This document shows positions 29,731-38,352 of a stretch of 64,000 bases of DNA, piece by piece (positions within the stretch are counted from its first letter, which is position 1; each line of letters starts with the position of its first letter). Source of the stretch: Myxococcota bacterium (GTDB taxonomy: Bacteria > Myxococcota_A > UBA9160 > SZUA-336); contig CBDFGR010000003.1 in NCBI GenBank assembly GCA_965247115.1, forward strand, positions 288,001 to 352,000, written 5' to 3'. The notes under the pieces were generated by a model, which was not told the origin of the DNA, made no database searches, and was given only the letters and a program-made list of their open reading frames with translations. The position numbers and the translations under genes are program-made.

Positions 29731-31619
29731 GGGAGATCGATCCCAAACGGTCTGAACAGGTCCCACGTCCCGTCCGGATAGCTCGCCACGAGCAACGAGT
29801 CCGACCCGCTCCACACCAGAGCACTCGGAGGCCCGGGAAGCGCGGGCGAGAGATCGTCGGCGGTAGTTTGCCACTCGTTTCCGGACAGCACGCAGAGGTG
29901 GAGACGAGACTGAGCGGAAACAAACGCTACGACAGGGGTGCGGTTTGCCACAGAGAACGGGAGGCACGGTGCTTGGCCAACGCCGTCGATCATTGCCGTT
30001 GCTTCTGAGTATGAGACTTGAAGCTGATTACTCGAAGGTACGCTGACTACAACCCCCAGAGGGCTGATGTTGGAGCTCGCATTGTCGCAGGCAGGAATCT
30101 CCGCACACGATACTCGTGTCCCAAACTCCCATGAGGGGGTGATCATGACGGCCGCGGCAGCTTGTCCACTGAATGCCAGTGCGAGACTCTCTGTTGCGAC
30201 GAATCCACAGAACACGTGTGGCGAGGCAGGCACAAACTCGGAGATGTACTGTGCTTGAGTCCACCGATCCCCGGAAAGAGCCAACAGCTGGAGTCGCCCC
30301 GACGTATCAATGGCGAGAAGGTGTTTCGGGTCGAGCGCTTTCCAACTTGCGACTTCAGCTGGAAGGGGAGCAGCCGAGATCAGGTCACCGATAGGACCGG
30401 ACCAGATAGCCGGGGGATCACGACGGCTACTGAGGACGAGATGCCCTGCGACGCAGCTTGCTTCACGATCGTCTCCTGGCGTCGCATCGGCTTGGGTTTC
30501 GGACTTGCCAAGCGGCCCGCCCTCAACGAACTCCGGTTGCTCGCTAGATTCACCCATCTTAGCGCTAAACAAGCCATTGTCCGGAGACAGCACCAAGAAG
30601 GTCGAATCAGAATCGGGACCATCGACAGCGCAGAGAACCGTACCCGGGCAGTTGCTGTACTCACCGATCTTTCGGAGCTCCGGCAAGGTCTGCCGAGCTA
30701 TGGACCTTGGCGAGGACGCGATTCGCCGGAGTTGGGTTGGCGGCGGTCGTTTTCGAATCTGATCCGCTCCCTTCGACAGCGCCTCGACGGCCAGCCAACC
30801 CCATGCCTGTATGAGCTGGCTGGGACCGCGTTGCTGGGCCGGAGGCGGATCCTCCGCTGTGTAAGGACCATCGAGCTCGTCGCCGACCACCGAGGCACGG
30901 AAGATCTGGAACGTACCGTCGGCGTGTTGACCCGTCGTCAATTCGAGAACGACCTGCGTATCGTCCACGACCTTGCGGGTGGATTCATCGAACTTGTCCT
31001 GCTTGGTCAGGACGATTGCAGTCGGAACTTTGTCCACCGCACATTTCTTCACCCGGTGTAGAACATCGTCCCTGTACGCCTTTCCTTGGACCGTTGCGAG
31101 CTGAAAGCGCTCGGCATCGACGAGGAGCATGCAAGCGTGCATGTTTCTGAGTACAGCCTTCGCCGCCTCGTCATGTTCCACATAGCTACCGCCCGGCAGG
31201 TCACAGATCAGAGCAAAGGCGAGGGTCCGGCCCAGGTCGTCGAGCCGCACGAGGTAAGAGTTCCCCTGGTCCGTTCCTGGTGGCCACTTCGCGTCGTCGA
31301 TGAAAGCCTCCGAGAGTCTAGACAGCTCAGCTGAGGAGGCCCGCGCAATCGGGGCTAGCTCAATACCCCGATACTCCTCGAGAGTCTGCAGCTCCTCTAG
31401 ATCATCGGTGTCTCGGACCTTCGCGAAACTGATCCCGAGTGTCGTAGCCTCACAGTAGTGTAAGGCGGTGAGCAGGTTGCAAGTCTTTCCGTCACCAGTC
31501 CAACCCCAGATCGTGATCCCGAGCAGGCAGGGTTCCTTCGTTTGGAGTTCCCTAATCCGTTCTATGAGTTTGTCGCGATCTATTCTGGCGATGGTGGGCT
31601 CGCTCTGGCTGCTCGCCAA
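29727..31619 (-). CDS. TRAFAC-class GTPase (double-GTPase-like) fused to a probable beta-propeller
   Basis: G1 GWTGDGKT, G2 WPPGT, G3 DLPG, G4 TKQD and G5 ASV; beta-rich C-terminal half ending ASYPDGTWDLF. Confidence 0.8.
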   Translation of the reverse strand: MASSQSEPTIARIDRDKLIERIRELQTKEPCLLGITIWGWTGDGKTCNLLTALHYCEATTLGISFAKVRDTDDLEELQTLEEYRGIELAPIARASSAELSRLSEAFIDDAKWPPGTDQGNSYLVRLDDLGRTLAFALICDLPGGSYVEHDEAAKAVLRNMHACMLLVDAERFQLATVQGKAYRDDVLHRVKKCAVDKVPTAIVLTKQDKFDESTRKVVDDTQVVLELTTGQHADGTFQIFRASVVGDELDGPYTAEDPPPAQQRGPSQLIQAWGWLAVEALSKGADQIRKRPPPTQLRRIASSPRSIARQTLPELRKIGEYSNCPGTVLCAVDGPDSDSTFLVLSPDNGLFSAKMGESSEQPEFVEGGPLGKSETQADATPGDDREASCVAGHLVLSSRRDPPAIWSGPIGDLISAAPLPAEVASWKALDPKHLLAIDTSGRLQLLALSGDRWTQAQYISEFVPASPHVFCGFVATESLALAFSGQAAAAVMITPSWEFGTRVSCAEIPACDNASSNISPLGVVVSVPSSNQLQVSYSEATAMIDGVGQAPCLPFSVANRTPVVAFVSAQSRLHLCVLSGNEWQTTADDLSPALPGPPSALVWSGSDSLLVASYPDGTWDLFRPFGIDLP

Positions 31620-31740
31620 TTCCTTGTGACCTCTCTCAGTGGCTCTACGAGACAGGGTAGCGCTTGGGCGGTCGCTCGCGCCTAGATTGCTCGCGCATAG
31701 CTCGCTTCCAGCCCCTCATCTCTATAACTACTTGAAACTG

Positions 31741-31789
31741 TGGAGCCGACGAGCGGACTCGAACCGCTGACCTGCTGATTACGAATCAG
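31741..31789 (-). other. 3' fragment of tRNA-Thr(CGT); probable att-site remnant
   Basis: Reverse complement is CTGATTCGTAATCAGCAGGTCAGCGGTTCGAGTCCGCTCGTCGGCTCCA (anticodon arm, T arm, CCA). The 5' acceptor strand and D arm are absent. Confidence 0.85.
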
Positions 31790-31881
31790 GCACCAAGGTA
31801 TGAGTCGCACCCCGGGCTGTCCATGGTCCGCGTCGATCATCAGGCCGCCGGCTCTAAGTCATTGAAACTAGGGCGCTCTTC

Positions 31882-31921
31882 TGGTGACGCAGGGCAGAAT
31901 CGAACTGCCGACACGCGGATT
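31882..31921 (-). other. 3' fragment of a tRNA (Phe-like); probable att-site remnant
   Basis: Reverse complement is AATCCGCGTGTCGGCAGTTCGATTCTGCCCTGCGTCACCA. The anticodon is missing, so the isotype is inferred. Confidence 0.75.
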
Positions 31922-32126
31922 CATCTATTGCTCTTCCGGGAAGAATCACGACCGGCTGCGCGACCCACCCAGCTCCGCAGGCGAGAGCTCCCGGCAGAGG
32001 AACCGGGGATCCAGGGAGGGTCCCCTGGGGGGTCGCGGGTCACGAGGATGTCTACGCCGTGCAGTCGCGTGAGGTCCGGAAAACGAGCTCGGACGTTGAT
32101 TGTGCCGCGCCCAAGGCCGAGCCAAC

Positions 32127-34046
32127 CTAGCCCGCGCCTGATTCCGCTGGCTTCTTGGGGTCGGCGAGGTAGCCGAGGATTCTCTCGATCAGACGCCGGC
32201 GATCGATGGGCTTGGTCTCGTAGGCGTCGCAGCCGGCGCGGAGACAGCGGTCCTCCTCGCCCTCCATCGCGTGGGCGGTCAGGGCGACGATCGGGTTGGT
32301 GTACCCGCTGACGCGAAGGGTGCGCGTGGCCTGATAGCCGTCCAGGATGGGCATCTGCATGTCCATCAGAATGACGTCGAAGGGTCGGCCCTCGTCCTGC
32401 GAGGCGACGGCCGACTCCACGGCGGCGTGTCCGTCGTCGACCAGGAAGACCTCTGCGCCGGCTCGACGGAGAATGCTGCCGAGGAGACGCTGGGTGTCCG
32501 GGGAGTCCTCGGCTACGAGAATCCGACATCCGGGAGGGAGAGGCGGGAGCACGGTCTTGCGTTCGCTGCTCAGCTCTCGCTTCGTCTCGGTGCCTGAGTG
32601 CTCGACGATTCGGAACCCGTCCAGCGAGCCGGTCGGGAGCTCGATGCGGAACCGGCTTCCGCGACCGGGCTCACTCTCGACTTTGATCGAGCCGCCCATC
32701 AGGTCCAGGAGGCTTGCGCAGATCGTAAGTCCCAGGCCCGTCCCCCCGTGCTTGCGCGATGTGGAGTTATCGAGCTGCTCGAACGGCCGAAACAAGCGCA
32801 GTCGGTCCTCGTCACTGATCCCGATGCCCGTGTCGACGACACTCATGCAGATGCGCGGGTGGTCCTCGGGCGAGAGCAACGAGACCTCGAGCATGACCTT
32901 GCCGACGTCTGTGAACTTGATCGCGTTGCCGAGCAGGTTCAGGAGCACCTGGTTCAGCCGAGTGGGATCCCCTTCCATACTCTCTGGAATGCCGGTCCGG
33001 TAGCTCGTGATCAGCTCTAGCCCCTTGGCGTCCGCTCGACCCCTGAGCAGGGAGACTGCGTCTTCGGCGATCCGCATGGGAGAGAACCGAAGGCGTTCGA
33101 GCTCCATTCGACCCGCCTCGATCTTGGACAGGTCGAGGATGTCGTTGATGATCGCGACCAGATGAGCACCGTTGCGCTGGATCGCCTGCAGTGCCTCGGT
33201 CCACTCACCTGGTGTTTCGCTCGGATCGCCGATCTCGAGAAGCTCGTCGGTAAAGCCGAGGATGGCCGTCATCGGCGTTCTGATCTCGTGGCTCATGTTC
33301 GCCAGGAAGTTGGTCTTGGCCATCACGGCGAGCTCCGCGCGCTTCCGCTCGAGCTCGATCCGCCGAAGCATCTCGTTGAAGTCGTCTACGAGCGCTCCCA
33401 GCTCGTCATTGCCGTGCTTCGTTGCCCGGCGAGTGTAGTCGTACTCGCGGGAGACCGTTCTGGCGACGCGCGCCAGGTCCAGGATCGGTCTTGCGATGGA
33501 CCCCTGGACCCGTGCCGCGAGACCGAACGAGACGAGCATGCAGACGACGATCAGGCCCGCGGTGATGAATGCGTTCCAGAGTGCGGCTGTATCCAGCGCA
33601 CGCCGATCTGCCCGCAAGTAGATGCTGCCGATCCGCTCGTTGGCGACGGCGATGCCCCGTGCGACGACCAAGTGATGACCTTCGAACATCACCTGGTCGT
33701 CGGGCGGAGTGTCGGGAAAGGTCCACGTCCCGTCTGCGAGGTCCAAGTAGTCCGCGAAGGGCGTACCATCCTGCTTGAAGATCCGGGCACCAACAACATC
33801 GTGTTCTAACCGAAGGGCGGACAGGACATCCTCGGCGCCACCGGTCTGGCCGAACTCAAGCGCTGCCGCGGCATTGTAAGCGAGCATGTCGGCAACGCCC
33901 GTCAGGCGCCGCTCCATCGAATGCCGTTGATCCAGGTAGTTCAGGGAGACGAAGGCAGCGCAGGCCAGAAGGAGCGCGATCCCGCTCGCAAGCGAAGTGC
34001 CCAGGCTGAGCTTTCGCGTCACGGAGAGGTCGCGCAGCCAGCCCAT
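32127..34046 (-). CDS. Hybrid sensor histidine kinase (periplasmic sensor-HAMP-HisKA-HATPase-REC)
   Basis: FLANMSHEIRTP, NLLGNAIKFT, DTGIG, GGTGLGL and ILMDMQMP motifs. Confidence 0.95.
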   Translation of the reverse strand: MGWLRDLSVTRKLSLGTSLASGIALLLACAAFVSLNYLDQRHSMERRLTGVADMLAYNAAAALEFGQTGGAEDVLSALRLEHDVVGARIFKQDGTPFADYLDLADGTWTFPDTPPDDQVMFEGHHLVVARGIAVANERIGSIYLRADRRALDTAALWNAFITAGLIVVCMLVSFGLAARVQGSIARPILDLARVARTVSREYDYTRRATKHGNDELGALVDDFNEMLRRIELERKRAELAVMAKTNFLANMSHEIRTPMTAILGFTDELLEIGDPSETPGEWTEALQAIQRNGAHLVAIINDILDLSKIEAGRMELERLRFSPMRIAEDAVSLLRGRADAKGLELITSYRTGIPESMEGDPTRLNQVLLNLLGNAIKFTDVGKVMLEVSLLSPEDHPRICMSVVDTGIGISDEDRLRLFRPFEQLDNSTSRKHGGTGLGLTICASLLDLMGGSIKVESEPGRGSRFRIELPTGSLDGFRIVEHSGTETKRELSSERKTVLPPLPPGCRILVAEDSPDTQRLLGSILRRAGAEVFLVDDGHAAVESAVASQDEGRPFDVILMDMQMPILDGYQATRTLRVSGYTNPIVALTAHAMEGEEDRCLRAGCDAYETKPIDRRRLIERILGYLADPKKPAESGAG

Positions 34047-34606
34047 CAAGAAGGCTCTCCTCCGCGGTAGACGCGGCGCGCGAGCTTGAGGATGCGAGCA
34101 TCGATCCGCAAGCCGGCCGCGGTTGCCCGCTCGAGGTTGACCTCGAACGTGAGACTGCCCCGGTGCCGCACGAACTCGATCATGCCGCCCTGCTCCAGGA
34201 AGCCGTCTGCCGCGCCTACCGTGAGGACGGCGGCGTCTCGGAGCGCGCCGAGTTTCTCGTCGATCGCGTCGCTCGCCAAGGTGACAAACAGGGCTGCGCA
34301 GCGTTCTGCGCCCTGCCACCCTTCGAGTCTGCGAACGCGGACCGTCCTGCCTCGGAGAGTCCTGCCACCGAGCTCACTCGAGAGCACGGCATGGAAGGCG
34401 CCCTCTCCCAACGCGCAGATCAGAAAGTCGTCGTCAGGCTCACGATCAGTGCGCTGAGGCCACTCCACGAACTTCGAGACGCTGTAGAGCAACGCCGAGC
34501 GCACGCGATACTCCCGCTCTGTCGGCGGCAGCGCCCAGCTCGGGAAGGCGAGCACGGCGGAGCATGTCAGGGCGAGGAGCGCGCCCGCGAGAGCTCGGCA
34601 GCTCAT
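34046..34606 (-). CDS. YfiR family (DUF4154) periplasmic protein
   Basis: EYRVRSALLYSVSKFVEWP, GGMIEF, FEVNL and ILKLA motifs. Confidence 0.88.
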   Translation of the reverse strand: MSCRALAGALLALTCSAVLAFPSWALPPTEREYRVRSALLYSVSKFVEWPQRTDREPDDDFLICALGEGAFHAVLSSELGGRTLRGRTVRVRRLEGWQGAERCAALFVTLASDAIDEKLGALRDAAVLTVGAADGFLEQGGMIEFVRHRGSLTFEVNLERATAAGLRIDARILKLARRVYRGGEPS

Positions 34607-35673
34607 CTGCGGAAGGTGAACGTCCAGTTCAGGCTCGCGCGCCAGGCGGTCTCGAGCTGCGGGCCGTCGAGACTCTGGTAGATGGGAACGCCGAACTCGA
34701 ACATGATCCGGTGGCCCTTCAGCGCCCCCGAGCGGAAGAAGATATTCGAGCCGACGAGGAGATCGAGTCGCCGGCCGCCGCGCAGATCCGGATCGGCGGT
34801 CGGCACCATCGCCGGATTCAGCCGCGAGTCCGCCCCGTGGATGTTCCCCCAGACCTGAGCCTGAAGGCGCAATGAGTTGCTCAGCCAGGAGGACTGCTTA
34901 CGAGAGAGCCAGACATTCCACTCGCCTCTGTTTCCCAGCTGGTAGTCTTCGCGGTTCTCGTAGAACCTCATCGTCCCGAACAGGCGTGTCCCCCATGCCC
35001 AGCGGCGCGTCTGCCCGAGATACGCGATGCCCGTCAGTAGGTCGGCGGTCCCCGACCCGAGCTGCATGGGGTAGGGCAGCGTCGTGCGACTGGCTGGCGT
35101 CGCGTCCTTTATGCCAATGCTGCCCGTCGGCAGGCTGGTCCCCGTCTCGACGATGATCCTATCCGTCCGCTCCTCCCCATCGTGACGCCAGGCGCTGTAG
35201 AGGAGGCTCAGCTTTACGTCCCCGACCCCGCTCGATCGCGTCGTGAAGCGAGCCCCGCCGGCCGTCCGGTGGTCCATGGACAGGTCGAGGTAGGGCAGCA
35301 TGAACATCAACGTCACCCGATCGCTCGGCGCGTACATGATGTCCAGCATGTGCATCCTCATGGTCATGTCGGTCGGAGCGATCATGAACTGGCTCAGGAC
35401 GTCGCTCGTGCTCCGATGGCTCGTACCGTTGCGGTTGTCTCGCATGCGCATACTCGATGCCCGGTAGCCGAACATCCATTCGTTCTCGAGGTGCGCGTGG
35501 TGGATCCCGGTGATGCCCATGGCGTCGAGGTCCAGGTCGAGCTCCAGGATCTGCTCGATGTTGAGCTCGGGGAGGTCTCCCGCCTCGGCGGCATGCGCGT
35601 CACCGGATGGCGCGACCAGGATCACCAAGACCGCGAGTGTCAGCTGCAGTCTGCGAAGACGTACGTCAAGCAA
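34603..35673 (-). CDS. Met/His-rich outer-membrane beta-barrel ('transporter' family)
   Basis: Signal peptide, MYAPSD, GVGD, LPTG, YPMQLGSGT and PIYQSLDGPQL motifs. Confidence 0.75.
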   Translation of the reverse strand: MLDVRLRRLQLTLAVLVILVAPSGDAHAAEAGDLPELNIEQILELDLDLDAMGITGIHHAHLENEWMFGYRASSMRMRDNRNGTSHRSTSDVLSQFMIAPTDMTMRMHMLDIMYAPSDRVTLMFMLPYLDLSMDHRTAGGARFTTRSSGVGDVKLSLLYSAWRHDGEERTDRIIVETGTSLPTGSIGIKDATPASRTTLPYPMQLGSGTADLLTGIAYLGQTRRWAWGTRLFGTMRFYENREDYQLGNRGEWNVWLSRKQSSWLSNSLRLQAQVWGNIHGADSRLNPAMVPTADPDLRGGRRLDLLVGSNIFFRSGALKGHRIMFEFGVPIYQSLDGPQLETAWRASLNWTFTFRR

Positions 35674-35786
35674 GGCGACCTCCTATCATGACGGTGAGCG
35701 TCTCCTGCTCGGCACCGTTATCGGCTCAGGGAGCGGATCTCTTTGCTCGGATTAGAGCTAGCCATGCGCTCGACACCCGCCCCACC

Positions 35787-35924
35787 ACGATCGAATACGG
35801 TGACGCCTTTGCGCTGATCGCCGAGATGGCGCGTGGTTTCGCGGAGGCGCGGGACTTCGACGGCGTACTGGCGTGATCGCGTCCAACGTGGGCGCAGAGG
35901 CAGGCTCGCTCTGGATCCTGGACG
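35787..35924 (+). pseudogene. Degenerate copy of the 5' end of the GAF-PP2C gene (42858-43008)
   Basis: Near-identical DNA with a 13-bp net deletion and an in-frame TGA. Confidence 0.85.
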
Positions 35925-36101
35925 CCGCGACACTGCTGGGACCGGCTGGAGATTCGAGCAGACGGTTGTGGACGTCCGCGGCTACTCCACTCCGATTCGG
36001 ATCGGAGGAAGCGTCACGTGGTCAATGAGTCCCGTGACGGTGGTCTGGTGGTCACCCGAGACCAGCTCCGGGACTGAGGCCTCGACGCCGATTCCGCCCA
36101 C

Positions 36102-36527
36102 TCACGGCTCTCGCGTCCCGCTCTTCACTAGTACGAGGAGGTTGCGGCCGTCGCTGCGGTGGTACTTGAGCTCGTCCACCAGGCTTCGCACCAGGTGCAG
36201 GCCAAGCCCGCCGCACGGGCGCTCCTCCAGGCTCGCCTCGACGTCTGGCGGAGGTACGTCCCGCGGGTCGAAGTACCGCCCGTCGTCCTCCACTTCGATG
36301 CGGAGCCGCCCCGCGTCGAGAGCCAGCCCGATCGTGATCTGGTGCTCCGCATCGTCCTCGTAACCGTGGTAGATCACGTTCGTCACCAGCTCCTCCAGGA
36401 TCAAGTTGAGCTCGATCAGGACCTTCCGTTCTAGGCCGTGCTTCTCGGCGAAGGCGTCGAGCGCTTGCTGGAGCCGAGGGAGTTCCTCGATCCGATTGAG
36501 CAGCACGATCTCGGTGGGTCCCGCCAA
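36102..36527 (-). CDS. RsbW-like anti-sigma factor / Ser kinase (HATPase_c_2)
   Basis: LEELVTNVIYHGY, EDDGRYFDP and GGLGLHLV motifs. Confidence 0.9.
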   Translation of the reverse strand: MAGPTEIVLLNRIEELPRLQQALDAFAEKHGLERKVLIELNLILEELVTNVIYHGYEDDAEHQITIGLALDAGRLRIEVEDDGRYFDPRDVPPPDVEASLEERPCGGLGLHLVRSLVDELKYHRSDGRNLLVLVKSGTREP

Positions 36528-36604
36528 CTCAGCCGGCCTTCGCCGCGCAGGAGAGCTCCAGCAGGACCAGCCCGGCCAGGAGCAGCGCAACGACGCACGT
36601 CCCC

Positions 36605-37456
36605 CTAGACATAGGCCTCGCGCAGAAGCCGCGCCGCGTCCTCGTCGAGCCGTTCACCACGTCTCACTTCCTCGAAGTTCGAGAGCAGATCCTCCACACG
36701 AAGGCGCCGCTTCTCCGTCGCGTCGAAGTCGTGGAGCACGCTCCCATGGTTCATCATTACCAGCCGGCTGCCCAGGTTCACGGCCTGGTGCATCGAGTGC
36801 GTGACCATGAGCGTCGTGAGCCCCTGCTCGCGCACTACCCGGTCGGTGAGTCGGTTGACCTGGTCCGCGCTCTTGGGATCCAGCGCCGCAGTGTGCTCGT
36901 CGAGGAGCAAGAGCTCGGGCTTCTGCCAGGTCGCCATCAGCAGGGTCAGGGCCTGGCGCTGACCGCCCGACAGCAGGCCGATCGGCTGATCCAGGCGCTC
37001 CTCGAGCCCCATGGCGAGGGCGCGCACGCGCTCCGCGATCTCCCTGTACAGACTCCCGCCGAGCAGGCGGCCGAGACCTCGGCGCCGTCCGCGTCCCACT
37101 GCCAGAGCCAGGTTCTCGGCGACGCTGAGCTGGGGAGCAGTGCCGCTGAACGGATTCTGGAAGACGCGTCCCACCAGGCTGGCGCGGCGGTGCTCGCCCC
37201 ATCGCGTGACGTCGCGGCCGGAGAGGCGGACCGTGCCTGCATCCACAGGGATGCTCCCCGCGACGGCGCCCAGCAGCGTCGACTTCCCGGAGCCGTTCGT
37301 CCCCACGACGACCACGAACGCCTCCGGCTCGATGCTCAGGCTCACTCCGCGCAGCGCCCGCACCTCGTTCGGCGTGCCGGCCGAGAACGTCTTGGTGACC
37401 CCATCCAGCAGCAGAAGCGGCGCCGTCTCGCTCATGCCCGTCGCTTCCGCAGCCAC
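36605..37456 (-). CDS. ABC transporter ATP-binding protein
   Basis: GTNGSGKS, LSGGQRQ and LLLDEHTAALDP motifs. Confidence 0.95.
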   Translation of the reverse strand: MAAEATGMSETAPLLLLDGVTKTFSAGTPNEVRALRGVSLSIEPEAFVVVVGTNGSGKSTLLGAVAGSIPVDAGTVRLSGRDVTRWGEHRRASLVGRVFQNPFSGTAPQLSVAENLALAVGRGRRRGLGRLLGGSLYREIAERVRALAMGLEERLDQPIGLLSGGQRQALTLLMATWQKPELLLLDEHTAALDPKSADQVNRLTDRVVREQGLTTLMVTHSMHQAVNLGSRLVMMNHGSVLHDFDATEKRRLRVEDLLSNFEEVRRGERLDEDAARLLREAYV

Positions 37457-38352
37457 GGGCCGAGGCCCGGCAGCACCAGGGCAGCGAACACGAACAGCGC
37501 CGTCACCAGCTTGAGGTCGTTCGGGTCAAGACCCGCGCGCAGCGCGATGGCCACGAGCAACCGGAACAGGACCGATCCGATTGCCGCGCCCGCGATGAGT
37601 AAGCCGAACCCTCGCCCGCCCACGAGGGATTCGCCGATGATCACGCTGGCGAGCCCCAGCACGACCATGCCGATCCCCATCTGCACGTCGGCGAAGCCCT
37701 GGTACTGGGCGAGCAGCGCCCCCGCAAGAGCGATGAGCGAGTTCGAGAGCGCCAGTCCCAGGATCATCATGCGGCCCACGTCGACGCCGAGGGCCCGGAT
37801 CATCTGCGGGTTGTCGCCCGTGGCCCGCATCGCGGCGCCGACCTGCGTGCGGAAGAAGACGTAGAGCCCGCATCCGAGCAGAACCACCACGCCGAGTGCG
37901 GCGGTCAGGTCCGAGAGGTCGCGGATAGCGATGGACCAGCCCGCGATCATCACGTCCGCGCTCCCCAGCACACGCTCTCCGAAGCGCGCCGCCTGGGTGG
38001 CCAGCGTCTCCGACGAGAGGAGGGGCACATTGCTCTTTCCCATGATGCGCAAGTTGATCGAGTAGAGCGCGGTCATCACCAGGATCCCCGCCAGCAGCCC
38101 GTTGATCCGGAAGCGCGCGTGCAGCACTCCGGTGACGGCACCGGCGACGAAGCCGCCGGCCATAGCGGCCAACGTGGCGAGCAAGGGCGGCGCACCGCCC
38201 ACCATCAGCACGGCGGCAATGGCTGCGCCCGTGGTGAGAGAGCCGTCGGCGGTGATGTCGGGGAAGTGGAAGACGCGAAAGCTGATGAACACTCCGAGCG
38301 CGAGGAGCGAGAGGATGAGCCCGATCGTCAATGAGCCCAGCAGCAGGGTCAC
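37432..38352 (-). CDS. ABC transporter permease (putative aromatic amino acid importer family)
   Basis: FPDITADGS, MRATGDN and GLASVIIGE motifs. Confidence 0.92.
   Translation of the reverse strand: MTLLLGSLTIGLILSLLALGVFISFRVFHFPDITADGSLTTGAAIAAVLMVGGAPPLLATLAAMAGGFVAGAVTGVLHARFRINGLLAGILVMTALYSINLRIMGKSNVPLLSSETLATQAARFGERVLGSADVMIAGWSIAIRDLSDLTAALGVVVLLGCGLYVFFRTQVGAAMRATGDNPQMIRALGVDVGRMMILGLALSNSLIALAGALLAQYQGFADVQMGIGMVVLGLASVIIGESLVGGRGFGLLIAGAAIGSVLFRLLVAIALRAGLDPNDLKLVTALFVFAALVLPGLGPWLRKRRA

Noticed and set aside
31741..31921. Intact tRNA-Thr and tRNA-Phe genes
   Set aside because: The 5' acceptor strands and D arms are absent; only 3' fragments are present.
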